A stretch of DNA of 64,000 bases, taken from NCBI GenBank assembly GCA_965213925.1, contig OZ243927.1, forward strand, positions 384,001 to 448,000. The letters are read 5' to 3'. The stretch comes from Trueperaceae bacterium. GTDB taxonomy: Bacteria > Deinococcota > Deinococci > Deinococcales > Trueperaceae. Below the pieces are notes generated by a model that saw only the letters and a list, made by a program, of their open reading frames with translations, made no database searches and had not been told where the DNA came from. Of the stretch, positions 30,827 to 41,087 are shown in pieces; the first letter of the stretch is position 1, and each line of letters opens with the position of its first letter. Position numbers and translations under genes: made by a program.

Positions 30827-32694
30827 TCGTCACCTCCCACGCTGCCAAGTTCATCTTCAGGCTGATTCGAACGCAACTGCGCCACCCACGCGGCGAGCGC
30901 GTACGCCTCACCTCTTGTTAGCGTGTCTTGGTCTGAAAACCTCTCCGCTGAGAACCCGTAGCGGCTCCAACTCGGCTCGGCGCAGAGCCCGACCTCACAC
31001 GCGGCACGGGCGGTCATCTCGAGCGCCAGTCCAGGCGTCAGCGCACCCGAGGCGTCGCCGAACGTCGCGATGAGCGTCTGCCCTAACGCCCGATTCCCCA
31101 AAAAACGCTGCCCCACGTTCGAGAGCAGGTAGAGGTAGCCCCGCGCCGACATCTCCGCGCTCAAGTTGGGCTCGTTCTCGTAACCGCCTAGCGCGAGCCC
31201 GCGACCTCTCAAGAGGCGGTAAGCGCCGAAAAACTCGTGTGAGGTCGGACCGGAAGGGGCGCGCGCTTTGACCTCAGCTAAGTATGCGCCGCGCGCCTCT
31301 AAGCGTTCGCGGAGCGCTTGAACCGCGCCCTCGTCGTCGGCGAATGCAGCGGGCGAAACACCCCGCTCAGCCGCCCGCGCCGCCGCTACGCCTACCGCCT
31401 CGCCGAGCGCCATGCCGAAGGGGACGACCCGCGCCGAGGACGCCGCCAAGGGGTCGTAGCCCGCTGCCTTGCCGACGACCCACAGGTTGTCAGGACCGAG
31501 GGGCACCGCCACGCAGAGCCGCGCTCCGTAGACTTCGGGCGTGCCGTAGACGTAACCGCTGTCAAAGGGCGTCAGCGTCTGCACGTCTAACGGGTAGCCG
31601 CCCGCCACCACGTCCTCGTCGGTGACGACGTTGCCGAGCACGTCGTCCACGGAGAGCGTGCAGCGCGTTTCAACGTGCCGCGTCTCGCGGATGTAGAGCC
31701 TCTCCGCCACGCCGCCGAAGCGCGCGTTTTCGAACCCCGGCAGCTCCGCTTTGAGGTAGTCGATGATGCGCGGAGCCTCGAGCCGCGCCCGCTCGTAGCC
31801 GTCCGCTACGCTCGCGGGGTCGAAGGGGTCTACATCGTAAATGAGGAGCGCGTTGACCAAAACGGAGCCGTCCGCCTGCTTGCCCAAGTTGAGCCCGCGC
31901 AGCCTGAGTCCCGCTCCCTGCGGCGCGTAAGCGGCCGGGTACCCGCCGAAGTGACCCCAGGCGACGCTGTCGTCCACCACGGCGTAGGCTTTGCCCCTCG
32001 AGCGAACCCCCCGCTTGAGCGCTTCCCAATCCACTCCGTCGATGCGAAAGACCAGCGTGTCCGCCATGCGCTCGTCCAGACCGAGCGACGAAAAGCCGAG
32101 CGAGTAGGGTGCGCCCGCTCGAGCGGCTAAGTCCGCCTCGGCGGTGGCGTCGATCACTTGAGGCGCGCCGAGCGTGTCGCCGTCAGCGGTGACGCCCGTG
32201 ACGCGCCCCGCCGCCAGCACAGGCTCCACGTCGGCGTCGAGCCTCAAGGAGACACCCGCTTCGCCCAGCATCGCCACGAACGCGCTTTCCGCCTCTCGTA
32301 CGTCGAACGACGCGCCCCGCCCCACGCGCGCCCACCAGTCCAGAAAGAGCCCCTGCTGATAGAGCGTGGGCTGCGTGCGCAGGTCGAGCGAGTTCATCTG
32401 ACCCAACACGAAGAGCCCGCCCACCTTGGTGTCCTCAGTGACCAGCAGCGTGCGCGCGCCCTCTTGCGCAGCCGCCACCGCCGCCGTGACCCCTTCGGGC
32501 TCGCTGCCGACGACGATCACGTCATAATCGGCACTTGCCGCGCCGTTCTCACCCTGCACGTCAGCCTCACTCTGGGCGTGTCCTAAAGCGAGGCTGGCGC
32601 AAAGAAGGATAAGTAGAGAGAGGCGCGAGGCGCGAAGCGGACGAAGGCGGAGCCAGGCGTGGGGCTGGAACGAAGCGCGTAGCATCACCGTCAA
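30823..32694 (-). CDS. Secreted FAD-dependent oxidoreductase; start uncertain
   Basis: YDVIVVGSEPEGVTAAVAAAQEG, IDAT, LYIRETRH. Confidence 0.8.
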   Translation of the reverse strand: MTVMLRASFQPHAWLRLRPLRASRLSLLILLCASLALGHAQSEADVQGENGAASADYDVIVVGSEPEGVTAAVAAAQEGARTLLVTEDTKVGGLFVLGQMNSLDLRTQPTLYQQGLFLDWWARVGRGASFDVREAESAFVAMLGEAGVSLRLDADVEPVLAAGRVTGVTADGDTLGAPQVIDATAEADLAARAGAPYSLGFSSLGLDERMADTLVFRIDGVDWEALKRGVRSRGKAYAVVDDSVAWGHFGGYPAAYAPQGAGLRLRGLNLGKQADGSVLVNALLIYDVDPFDPASVADGYERARLEAPRIIDYLKAELPGFENARFGGVAERLYIRETRHVETRCTLSVDDVLGNVVTDEDVVAGGYPLDVQTLTPFDSGYVYGTPEVYGARLCVAVPLGPDNLWVVGKAAGYDPLAASSARVVPFGMALGEAVGVAAARAAERGVSPAAFADDEGAVQALRERLEARGAYLAEVKARAPSGPTSHEFFGAYRLLRGRGLALGGYENEPNLSAEMSARGYLYLLSNVGQRFLGNRALGQTLIATFGDASGALTPGLALEMTARAACEVGLCAEPSWSRYGFSAERFSDQDTLTRGEAYALAAWVAQLRSNQPEDELGSVGGDE

Positions 32695-32901
32695 TCTACC
32701 AAGCCGACCTTTCGGCGATATGTGAGGTTCTTCCCTGATGTTTCGACCTCTTTCGTGCGTTTAGGGCCGTCCCTTTAAGGGGATGTTTACCTGAGGCTCA
32801 TAGCCTCCTCTTACGAGGGTGATAGCATACCGCATGAAAGAAACGTCAACGACCATCCTCTACACCCTCATTGACGAGACTGATGAAACTAAGGAGACCT
32901 C

Positions 32902-33993
32902 ATGCGTTATCTAGCTCTACTACTCGCGCTGCTACTTTCCAGTTGCCTGCCCGAAACCGAAGAGGGGCTCAGCTTGCACGACGTGTCGCTCTACGGCGAC
33001 GCGAGCCCCGCGACGCTCTACGGCTACTTCTACGGTCAGCCCGTCCAAGTCAACGCGGGCGGGCGCACCCTGACCCTGAGCGAAGGGCGCGCGGACGACC
33101 CACTCGCGGTGCCGAACGCGCTCCTGGTCAACGGCGAGCCAACCCTGAGCCAGCGTATCGCGCCCTTGGACGGCGTTCCCCTAACGGTAGCGCGCACGCC
33201 CCTCTCCACCGACCTCGTCCTGCAGACGAACGAGGACGTAGGGACCGTCGCATACTACGACGGCGACCTGTGGTTCACGCTCGCCGAAGACGTCGAGGCG
33301 AACGAAACGCGCCGCGTCGTGCCGCGCGAACGTGTGAGCGGCTTGTTCGGCTTGGGCGAACTGACCAGAGAGGAAGCGAGAGCCTTCGAGCGGCTGCTCA
33401 CGGAGCGCGGTCCCGTCGTGGTCGCCACGCTCCCCGAGCGCAGAACGCAGCCGCGCAACGTCGGCGGGCTCAGCGAGTACCGCCGCACCGCGCTCGTGGT
33501 GCAAGAGGGACTGGAGACCGAGATGAGCAGCGCAGACGCGGAGGACACGGCAGCTTCAGAGACGCAAGGGGAAACCGGGCTCACCTGGGAAGAACTCGCT
33601 AAGGGCAGCCAAGCCAGCGGCGGCGAGAGCCCGCGCTTTTTCGTGGCGACCAGCCAAGCGGAGCTAGAAAACGTGTGGGGCTTAGCCTACGGCAACCTCC
33701 TCACCCCGCCCGACTTGCCCGAAGTCGATTTCAGCCGCGAGAGCGTCGCCGGAATGTTTCTAGGTCAGCAGCCCACAGGCGGTTACAGCGTGAGCGTGCA
33801 AGACGTGACCCTAGAAGACGGCGAAGTCTACTTGCAAGTGAACGTCACCGAGCCCGCCCAAGGCGCAATCACCACCCAAGCGCTTACGAATCCTTGGGTC
33901 ATGGTACGCGTCAGCCAACCCAACCTCAGCAACGCTTGGTTTAGAGAGGTGGGTTCGGGGGAGCTGCTTGGGGTGGCGAGAGCGGGGAAGTAG
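32902..33993 (+). CDS. Lipoprotein with PrcB C-terminal domain
   Basis: LLSSC lipobox; PEVDFS...GQQPTGGYSV...TQALTNP. Confidence 0.8.
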   Translation: MRYLALLLALLLSSCLPETEEGLSLHDVSLYGDASPATLYGYFYGQPVQVNAGGRTLTLSEGRADDPLAVPNALLVNGEPTLSQRIAPLDGVPLTVARTPLSTDLVLQTNEDVGTVAYYDGDLWFTLAEDVEANETRRVVPRERVSGLFGLGELTREEARAFERLLTERGPVVVATLPERRTQPRNVGGLSEYRRTALVVQEGLETEMSSADAEDTAASETQGETGLTWEELAKGSQASGGESPRFFVATSQAELENVWGLAYGNLLTPPDLPEVDFSRESVAGMFLGQQPTGGYSVSVQDVTLEDGEVYLQVNVTEPAQGAITTQALTNPWVMVRVSQPNLSNAWFREVGSGELLGVARAGK

Positions 33994-34002
33994 TAGCGTT
34001 TG

Positions 34003-34035
34003 CAAAAAAGGTTGAAACGTTTTCAACCTTTTTTG
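34003..34035. terminator. Bidirectional intrinsic terminator
   Basis: CAAAAAAGGTTGAAA-cgt-TTTCAACCTTTTTTG. Confidence 0.75.
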
Positions 34036-34143
34036 AGCGGAAGAGCTTTCAGCCAGAGGTAGCATCTTTGAATCTACGCACGTAGATAATGGCATGATAC
34101 GCCCAGGCTAAAAGCTTCTTAGCGGTTACCAATCGACGCTGTG

Positions 34144-34300
34144 ATACGGATTCCGATTGATTACTGCATAAACTCCGTTACGAATTGCCTTTCGCATTCG
34201 CGAAAACGCTGTAACCGGCAAACGCTTCGCGCTTCTACGGTGTCGGAGTTTTTTCCGGTTTCTGCGGAAGTACTGACGTGAAGCTCATCGGAATCCGTAT
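34144..34300. repeat. 157-bp element with perfect 14-bp terminal inverted repeats
   Basis: ATACGGATTCCGAT ... ATCGGAATCCGTAT. Confidence 0.7.
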
Positions 34301-34440
34301 TTTTTCTCGCACCCGCTCGGGTTAAATACGAAATAAACATTTCGTATTTAACCCGAAATGGTATGAGATGTTGCAATAAATTCTGCAAACGCTGACAGAA
34401 ACTGACGGTGTACTGACGCCCTGACCTGCTGGAACGCGGC

Positions 34441-35274
34441 TTAAACCGCCACCGCGTCAGGCGCGAGCACGAAACGCCGAATCGCGGCGGCAACGACGCC
34501 GTCGTCGCAGTGCGGACCGACCCAAGTAGCGGCGGCTCTGACCCTTGCTGAGGCGTTAGCGGGCGCGACGCCGATGCCTAAAGGAAACATCGTCGCGTCC
34601 GCAGGTGAGTCGCCGAGCGCGAGCACGGGCGCGCCGTCTAACCCTAAGTAGTGCTGGACCCAGCGCGCCGCCTCGCCTTTGCTGGTGCGTTCAGAAATCA
34701 AGCTCATCGCCTCGCGCGGGTCGTACGAACTCGGCGCGTAGAACGAGGGGGCGAGCCCCAGCGCCGTCCAGTCGTGCGCGGCGTAGAAAGGGGCGACCTC
34801 TTCACCGAAGAGGCTGAGCGAGGCGATGTCGGTGAAGTCACCGAAGTGCGAGTGGTCATCGACGGGTCTATAGTAGCGCCGGTTATCGAAAGGGGAGCGG
34901 CTCGTGTCGAAAGCGGGGTGCAAGTAGGCGGTCGCGCCGCGCCGCACGGACCAGTGGTGCGTCGTCTCAGCGAAGAGGTGGAAGATGTCTCTCGCCGTCG
35001 CGCGCTCGATGCTTTCGGTGTGGAGCACGCGCCCGTCCGGGTCTTGTACCAAGGTGCCGTTAGAGACGATGAGCGGCGTATCCAAGCCTAGCGCCTCATG
35101 AATGGGCAGCGCCCCGATGTAGCTCCTGGCGGTGGCGAGCACGACCGTCGCGCCTCTCTCCTGGGCTTCCGCTAGCGCCGCGACGTTCTCGGGCAGAAGC
35201 TGCCCTGCGTCATTCAGGAGCGTGTGGTCGATGTCGGAGATGATGAGGTAAGGGGCAAACGCAAAGTGGGACAT
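34441..35274 (-). CDS. Cof-type HAD hydrolase
   Basis: DIDHTL, ATAR, SKG, GDSPAD. Confidence 0.88.
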   Translation of the reverse strand: MSHFAFAPYLIISDIDHTLLNDAGQLLPENVAALAEAQERGATVVLATARSYIGALPIHEALGLDTPLIVSNGTLVQDPDGRVLHTESIERATARDIFHLFAETTHHWSVRRGATAYLHPAFDTSRSPFDNRRYYRPVDDHSHFGDFTDIASLSLFGEEVAPFYAAHDWTALGLAPSFYAPSSYDPREAMSLISERTSKGEAARWVQHYLGLDGAPVLALGDSPADATMFPLGIGVAPANASARVRAAATWVGPHCDDGVVAAAIRRFVLAPDAVAV

Positions 35275-35293
35275 AGGAAAACCTTTTTTTGGA

Positions 35294-35989
35294 TTAGGAG
35301 GCGCGCGCTAACCCCTCTAAGAGTGAGCGAAAGAGCGGCAGGCCGTCCTCGGAGCCTAAGAGCGCGTTGGCGGCGCGTTCGGGGTGGGGCATCATGCCTA
35401 AGACGTTGCCGCGCCCGTTCACGATACCGGCGATGTTGTTAAGGCTCCCGTTCGGGCTCGCCGCTTCGTCTATCTCTCCGCTGGGGGTGCAGTACCGAAA
35501 GACGACGCGGTTTTGCCCCTCGAGTTCCTCGAGTGTGCGCATATCCGCATAGTATCGCCCCTCATTATGTGCCACGGGTACGTTCAGCACTTGAGAATCT
35601 TCATACTTCCCTGTGAAGAGCGTGTCGGTGCGTTCAACGCGCAAAAGGACGCTTTTGCAGACGAAGTGCAGCGCAGGGTTGCGCGTCAGCGCGCCGGGCA
35701 AAAGCCTCGCCTCGGTCAAAATCTGAAAGCCGTTGCAGATGCCCAAAACTGGACCGCCGCGCGCCGCAAATGCCCTCACCGCATCCATGATCGGGCTCTT
35801 CGCCGCCACCGCTCCGCTCCTCAAGTAGTCGCCGTACGAGAAGCCGCCGGGGATAACCACAGCGTCCGTGTTCTCCAAACGGTCTTCTAAATGCCAAACC
35901 ATGCGCACGTCTGCGCCTAGTCGCGCCAAAGCGTAGCGCGTGTCGTCGTCGCAGTTCGAGCCGGGAAAGCGGATGACGGAGAGGTTCAT
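35294..35989 (-). CDS. purQ: FGAM synthase glutaminase subunit
   Basis: FPGSNCD, PGGFSYGDYLR, GICNGFQ, MMPHPER. Confidence 0.95.
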   Translation of the reverse strand: MNLSVIRFPGSNCDDDTRYALARLGADVRMVWHLEDRLENTDAVVIPGGFSYGDYLRSGAVAAKSPIMDAVRAFAARGGPVLGICNGFQILTEARLLPGALTRNPALHFVCKSVLLRVERTDTLFTGKYEDSQVLNVPVAHNEGRYYADMRTLEELEGQNRVVFRYCTPSGEIDEAASPNGSLNNIAGIVNGRGNVLGMMPHPERAANALLGSEDGLPLFRSLLEGLARAS

Positions 35990-36634
35990 AGCGTTACTTT
36001 AGCAGGTATACCCGCTGACGCCGGGCTTACGTAGTTTTGACCTTTCGCGTTTGCGAAAACTTCGTAACCGTCAAACAGGTCATCTAGTCAGAAACACTCT
36101 CACTGAAAAGAACATCGCCTAGCACGCACGTTCAGGGATGAAGTTCCATTAGCTCTGCGAGCTGAAATCTGCGGAGAAGTGTTGCTTCGCCCAGCGGGAG
36201 CGCGCCACGCGACTTGGCTTCGCCCAAGCAACGATAAGTGGAACTGTTACTTATAACGTCTGCGACCTCGCTTTGTACAGTTCGCGCGGCGTTCGTCTAA
36301 GCGCTAGGTCGAGGCGAGACGCCCGGACCTGTCTACTGAGCTAAGATCACGTTCCTTAGGTTAGCGTCCGACCTGGGCGCATAAAATGCACGTGTTGCCT
36401 AAACGTCTCTCCCCAGTAGGATAAAGGGTACGATAGGCAACTATGATGCGCACGAACGGCTGCAACCGTTGCGCTGACCTAATTTTTATGCATGAGTTAG
36501 TCACTCGGTGCGCACGTCTGCTCTAACATCACGGTGCAAGGCGCAATAGCACCTTAGCGCTGTCTTTGGAGTGTGGCGCGTATGTTAGAGTGACGCACTT
36601 GTAGTGTGGGGCAGGATGTGAGTTGGAGGGTCCT

Positions 36635-37927
36635 TTGTCAGACGCTGTGGATAACATACTGAATACGAGTGCGAAGCGCTCGGCGCGCAGCAGTGTTTTA
36701 GAGCCGCGCGCGGCGCAAGCCGAGGCGAAACCGCAGACCGCCGATATTTTCAGCAAAGCGTATAACTTTACCCGCGCTGACGAGGCCGCCGAGATGGGGA
36801 TGCACCCCTACTTCAAGGCGATCGCGTCGCAGCGTGGTGGCATGGTCGTCGTGAACGGGCGCGAGATGGTCATCACCGGCTCAAACGACTACCTGGGGCT
36901 AACGCAAGACGCGCGGCTTAAAGAGGCGGCGAAAGAGGCGCTCGGCGACTTCGGCACGAGCTGTACGGGCTCACGCTTTCTCACCGGCACCCTGACGCTG
37001 CACGAGGAGTTAGAGCGCCAGCTCGCCGACTTCTTCAAGGTGGACGCCGCCCTGACTTTTAGCGCCGGCTATTTGGGCTCGCTCGCCGTGCTGAGCGCAG
37101 TGACCGGTCGCCAAGACATCCTCTACTTCGACCGCGAAAACCACGCCTGCTTGTACGACGGGGCGCGGCTCTCCTTCGGCACGCTGCGCAAATACGAGCA
37201 CAACAACTTAGAAGACTTAGAGCGCCTCCTCAAGAAAGACGCCGACAAACCGGGCGGCCGCATGATCGTCACCGACGGCGTCTTCTCGATGAGCGGTCAC
37301 ATCGCCGACTTGCCGGGTCTCGTCAAGCTAGCCAAAAAGTACGGGGCGCGCATCGTCGTGGACGACGCCCACGCGACGGGCGTGCTGGGCGCGAACGGGC
37401 GCGGCACGGCGGAGCACTTCGGCTTGGAAGACGAAGTCGACCTCATCATCGGCACGTTCTCGAAGTCGTTCGCCTCGGTAGGCGGCTTCATGACAGGACC
37501 GCGCGAGGTCGTCAACTGGGTCAAGCACAAGGCGCGCCCCTTTATCTTCACGGCGGCGCTGCCCGCCATGCAGATGGCCGCGGCGCTGCAAGCGCTACAC
37601 ATCATGCGCGACGAGCCGCAGCACCGCGACAAACTCTGGCATAATGTCGAGCGTTTGCGGCGCGGCATGGACACGCTCGGCTTCGACACGATGGGCTCGC
37701 AGACGCCCATCGTGCCCGTTCTCATCGGCGAAGATGACCTGACGATGATGTTCTGGAAAGGGCTGTGGGAAGAGGGCGTCTACACGACGCCCGCACTCCC
37801 GCCCGGCGTCCCCGCCGGGCAGAGCATCATCCGCACCTCGGTCAACGCGAACCACACCGAGGAACAGCTGGACAAGCTTTTAGAGGCGTTCTCAGTTGTT
37901 GGCAAACGCTTAGGCGTCATCGTTTAG
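36635..37927 (+). CDS. Serine palmitoyltransferase-like alpha-oxoamine synthase
   Basis: SNDYLGL, GSRFLTGT, DGVFSM, DDAH, GTFSKS PLP-lysine motif; TTG after GGAGG; clustered with bCerS- and CerR-like genes. Confidence 0.8.
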   Translation: MSDAVDNILNTSAKRSARSSVLEPRAAQAEAKPQTADIFSKAYNFTRADEAAEMGMHPYFKAIASQRGGMVVVNGREMVITGSNDYLGLTQDARLKEAAKEALGDFGTSCTGSRFLTGTLTLHEELERQLADFFKVDAALTFSAGYLGSLAVLSAVTGRQDILYFDRENHACLYDGARLSFGTLRKYEHNNLEDLERLLKKDADKPGGRMIVTDGVFSMSGHIADLPGLVKLAKKYGARIVVDDAHATGVLGANGRGTAEHFGLEDEVDLIIGTFSKSFASVGGFMTGPREVVNWVKHKARPFIFTAALPAMQMAAALQALHIMRDEPQHRDKLWHNVERLRRGMDTLGFDTMGSQTPIVPVLIGEDDLTMMFWKGLWEEGVYTTPALPPGVPAGQSIIRTSVNANHTEEQLDKLLEAFSVVGKRLGVIV

Positions 37928-38110
37928 TACTCTGTCAACTAAATTCTGCGATACTGTTGTCACCCTGAGCCGAAGGCGTGAGGGTCTCGTTTTTCAATCT
38001 CTGCGAGAGGAGTCAGCAAGGTCAGAGATTCTTTCACTCCACTTCGTTGCAGCGGCTACGCCCAACTTCGTGAACAGAATGACATAACTCATTTTTCACT
38101 TAACGCTGTA
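37928..38110. repeat. REP/REPIN-like intergenic element, copy 2
   Basis: Same core as 28619 and 58749 copies. Confidence 0.75.
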
Positions 38111-38229
38111 TTTAGATCGATCTTGACATAAAATACAAACGTGCAGGGAGGAAGCTCGAGCCTCCTCCCTATTTTCGCGCCTAGCACAGCGTGTAACGCG
38201 CCCGACCTCATGCGGTATGCTACGCCAAC

Positions 38230-39336
38230 ATGACCCACATCGTTCACGTTAGCTCGAGGCGCGATCTGCGCCGCTTCATCGACTATCCCTATCAAAAATA
38301 TAAAGACGACCCCCACTGGGTTCCCCCGCTGCGCATGAGCGAGGCGGAGAGGCTCAACCCTAAAAAGAACCCCTTCTTCGAGCACGCCCACATCGACCTC
38401 TTTCTAGCGGAGCGTGGCGGCGAAGTCGTCGGGCGCATCGCGGCGATTGACGACGACTTGCATAACCAAACGCACGGCGATAACGTGGCGTTTTTCGGCT
38501 TTTTCGAGGCGGCGGACGAAGCGGTCGCGCGTGCCCTCTTAGAACGGGTTGAAACTTGGGCGCAGGAGCGCGGCAGGGCGGCGCTGCGCGGCCCGATGAA
38601 CCCCTCCATGAACGAGACGTTCGGCTTGCAAGTCGATGCGTTCGATCAGCCGCCCTACACTATGATGCCCTATAATCCGCCCGAATACCTGGCGTATTTA
38701 GAAGGCGCAGGCTACACAAAGGTGAAAGACGTCTATGCGTGGCTTTTCGAGAGCGGCAAGGGGATGGGCGAGCGCTTGGCGCGTCTCGCGGCGCGCGTCG
38801 AAAAGCGCTACCAGCCCGACATCCGCTCCCTCGACATGAAGCGTTTGGACGACGAGGTCACGCTGCTTAAAGACCTCTATGACCGCACCTGGGAGCAGAA
38901 TTGGGGCTTCGTCAAGTACACCGACGCCGAGATTCGCCACCTCATCAGCGAACTCAAACCCATCGCCGACCCCAATCTCATCCTCTTTATCTACGTGGGG
39001 GGCGAGGTCGCGGGCATGACGATTTCGCTGCCGAACGTCAACCAGGTCTTTGCGCGGATGAACGGGCGACTCTTTCCCTTCGGGTTTATCCAGCTCTTGC
39101 GGCGCAAACAGATCATCGACCAGGCGCGGGTCTGGGCGCTCGGGCTGGTGCCGGAGTACCGCTATAAGGGACTCGAGCTGGTCCTCATCAACGAACTTTA
39201 CCAGCGCAACCACCAGACGTACAGGAACACCGAACTTTCTTGGGTTTTAGAGGACAACGACGCGATGAACCGGGGCATCGAAGCGGCGGGCGCGACGCGC
39301 TCGAAGACGTACCGGCTCCTCCAAAAAAGCCTCTGA
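38230..39336 (+). CDS. GNAT-fold protein resembling bacterial ceramide synthase (bCerS/YghO family)
   Basis: WVPPL, NPFFEHA, VGRIAA, FFGFFE, PYNPPEY, NWGF, ELSWVLEDN, KTYR. Confidence 0.75.
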   Translation: MTHIVHVSSRRDLRRFIDYPYQKYKDDPHWVPPLRMSEAERLNPKKNPFFEHAHIDLFLAERGGEVVGRIAAIDDDLHNQTHGDNVAFFGFFEAADEAVARALLERVETWAQERGRAALRGPMNPSMNETFGLQVDAFDQPPYTMMPYNPPEYLAYLEGAGYTKVKDVYAWLFESGKGMGERLARLAARVEKRYQPDIRSLDMKRLDDEVTLLKDLYDRTWEQNWGFVKYTDAEIRHLISELKPIADPNLILFIYVGGEVAGMTISLPNVNQVFARMNGRLFPFGFIQLLRRKQIIDQARVWALGLVPEYRYKGLELVLINELYQRNHQTYRNTELSWVLEDNDAMNRGIEAAGATRSKTYRLLQKSL

Positions 39337-40049
39337 TGGGGAGCTTGCGGCTTCTCTTCGCCGACCTCGCCGCGCTTTTTAGGAGCAAGCTCGCGCTCTA
39401 CTTGTTGATGGCGGCGCTTTTGCAGATCGCTTACTGGTACCTCGGCAGCCCCGGTCCGCAGCTCCTCAGAGATACGCCGCGCGTCCTGAGCGCCGCGCTT
39501 TTCAACATCAGCACGGCGCTCGTCTTTTTGCTCCTGTTACCCGCCGGGCTGATGCTCGCTCTGGGCGACTCGCTCAGGAGCGTCGGTTGGGGGCTCGGCG
39601 ACTGGCGCTTCGGCGTGAGCGTGACGCTCACCGCGTCGCTCGTTGCGGTCGTCGTGATGGCGCTCGGCAGCGCCGACCCGTCGCTGCAACTGACCTACCC
39701 CTGGGCGGGCGAGTGGGTCGGCGCGTCGCCTCTCAACCTCCTCCTCTGGGTATTTCTTTACGGGCTCTACTACGTGTCGTTCGAGTTCTTCTACCGGGGC
39801 TTCATGCTCCGCGTGGTCGAGCCCGCGTGGGGGCTCTCCGCCGCCATCTGGACGCAGGCGCTCGCCTCCACACTCCTTCACCTAGGTAAACCGCCCGCCG
39901 AGACCTTCGCCGCACTACCCGCCGGACTGCTCTTCGCCGTTTTAGCCGTGAGAGGTCGCTCGCTCCTCTACCCTGTCGTCCTCCACCTCGTCATCGGGCT
40001 CAGCACCGACGTGTTCATCCTCGCCCGGCAGGGGGTGCTCTTTCCGTGA
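39336..40049 (+). CDS. CPBP/Abi family intramembrane protease-like protein
   Basis: EFFYRG, HLGKP, H near C-terminus; multiple TM helices; ATG at 39336 overlaps upstream stop. Confidence 0.75.
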   Translation: MGSLRLLFADLAALFRSKLALYLLMAALLQIAYWYLGSPGPQLLRDTPRVLSAALFNISTALVFLLLLPAGLMLALGDSLRSVGWGLGDWRFGVSVTLTASLVAVVVMALGSADPSLQLTYPWAGEWVGASPLNLLLWVFLYGLYYVSFEFFYRGFMLRVVEPAWGLSAAIWTQALASTLLHLGKPPAETFAALPAGLLFAVLAVRGRSLLYPVVLHLVIGLSTDVFILARQGVLFP

Positions 40050-41017
40050 GGGCGCTCGTCACGGGGGCGCACGGGTTTATCGGCAGCCATCTCACCGAGC
40101 GGCTGCTGCGGGAGGGCTGGACTGTACGCGCACTAGTGAGCCCGTGGGGAAGGCTGGACAACTTAGCGGCAGTAGTAGCACATCCTCAGCTCCAGGTGAC
40201 CAGGGCCGACCTCACCCAACGCGACACGCTCGAAGCGGTCTGCAAAGAGGTCGAGGTCGTGTTCCACGCCGCCGCCAGAGTCGCGGATTGGGGCGCGTGG
40301 GAGGGGTTTTACGGGACGAACGTTTTAGGAACAGCGCACCTAATGAGGGAGGCGGAACGCGCCGGGGTCAGGCGGGTGGTGTTGGTCTCGAGCGTCGCCG
40401 TCCACCCCTACACCGGCTTTCGCGACGCGGACACGCGCGCCTTGCCGAGAGACGGACGCATAAACGCCTACGCCCGCTCAAAAGTTTTAGCGGAAGACGC
40501 CGTTATGAAGGCGGCTTTAGAAACGGTCATCGTGCGCCCCGGACTCATGCCTTTTGGGACGAGAGACCCAAATTTTTTGAGGGTCGTTCGGGAGGTCAAG
40601 CGCGGTACACTACCGCTCGTAGACGGCGGAACGTCGGTTTTCAATACCGCGTATATCGAGAATCTGGTGCAAGGACTTTTTCTAGCGGGAACCATTTCCG
40701 AAGCCGCCGGGCGAGCCTACCTCATCGCGGACGAAGGAGCCCCGAGTTGGCGCGCGCTGTTCGCTGAACTAGCCGACCTCTTGAATGCGCCCAAGCCGCG
40801 CCTCAACTTGCCGGGGAGCGTAGTCGAGCCTCTTTCTAGCGCGGTCGAAAGGCTCTACGCGAAGATAGCGCCACAAACGGAGCCGCCGCTCACGCGCTAC
40901 CGGGCGCGGCTCATGCGGCAAGATATTCATTTTTCTATCGGGGACGCGAAGCGAGAACTCGGGTACAGCCCAAAAGTGTCGTGGCAAGAAGGTCTAAGGC
41001 GGACGCTCGGCGTTTAG
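40046..41017 (+). CDS. NAD-dependent epimerase/dehydratase (candidate ceramide reductase)
   Basis: TGAHGFIG, HAAA, YARSK. Confidence 0.8.
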   Translation: MRALVTGAHGFIGSHLTERLLREGWTVRALVSPWGRLDNLAAVVAHPQLQVTRADLTQRDTLEAVCKEVEVVFHAAARVADWGAWEGFYGTNVLGTAHLMREAERAGVRRVVLVSSVAVHPYTGFRDADTRALPRDGRINAYARSKVLAEDAVMKAALETVIVRPGLMPFGTRDPNFLRVVREVKRGTLPLVDGGTSVFNTAYIENLVQGLFLAGTISEAAGRAYLIADEGAPSWRALFAELADLLNAPKPRLNLPGSVVEPLSSAVERLYAKIAPQTEPPLTRYRARLMRQDIHFSIGDAKRELGYSPKVSWQEGLRRTLGV

Positions 41018-41087
41018 GGACCGCGCGCCTTCTTGCCACCGCCGCGCCAACTCGAGCCCGAGCTTCCTTCGGCGATTCCCCTGAAGC

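Noticed and set aside
32871..33602. Long overlapping alternative-frame ORFs (this and many similar)
   Set aside because: These are Arg/Ala/Pro-rich shadow frames of GC-rich genes with no recognisable motifs.
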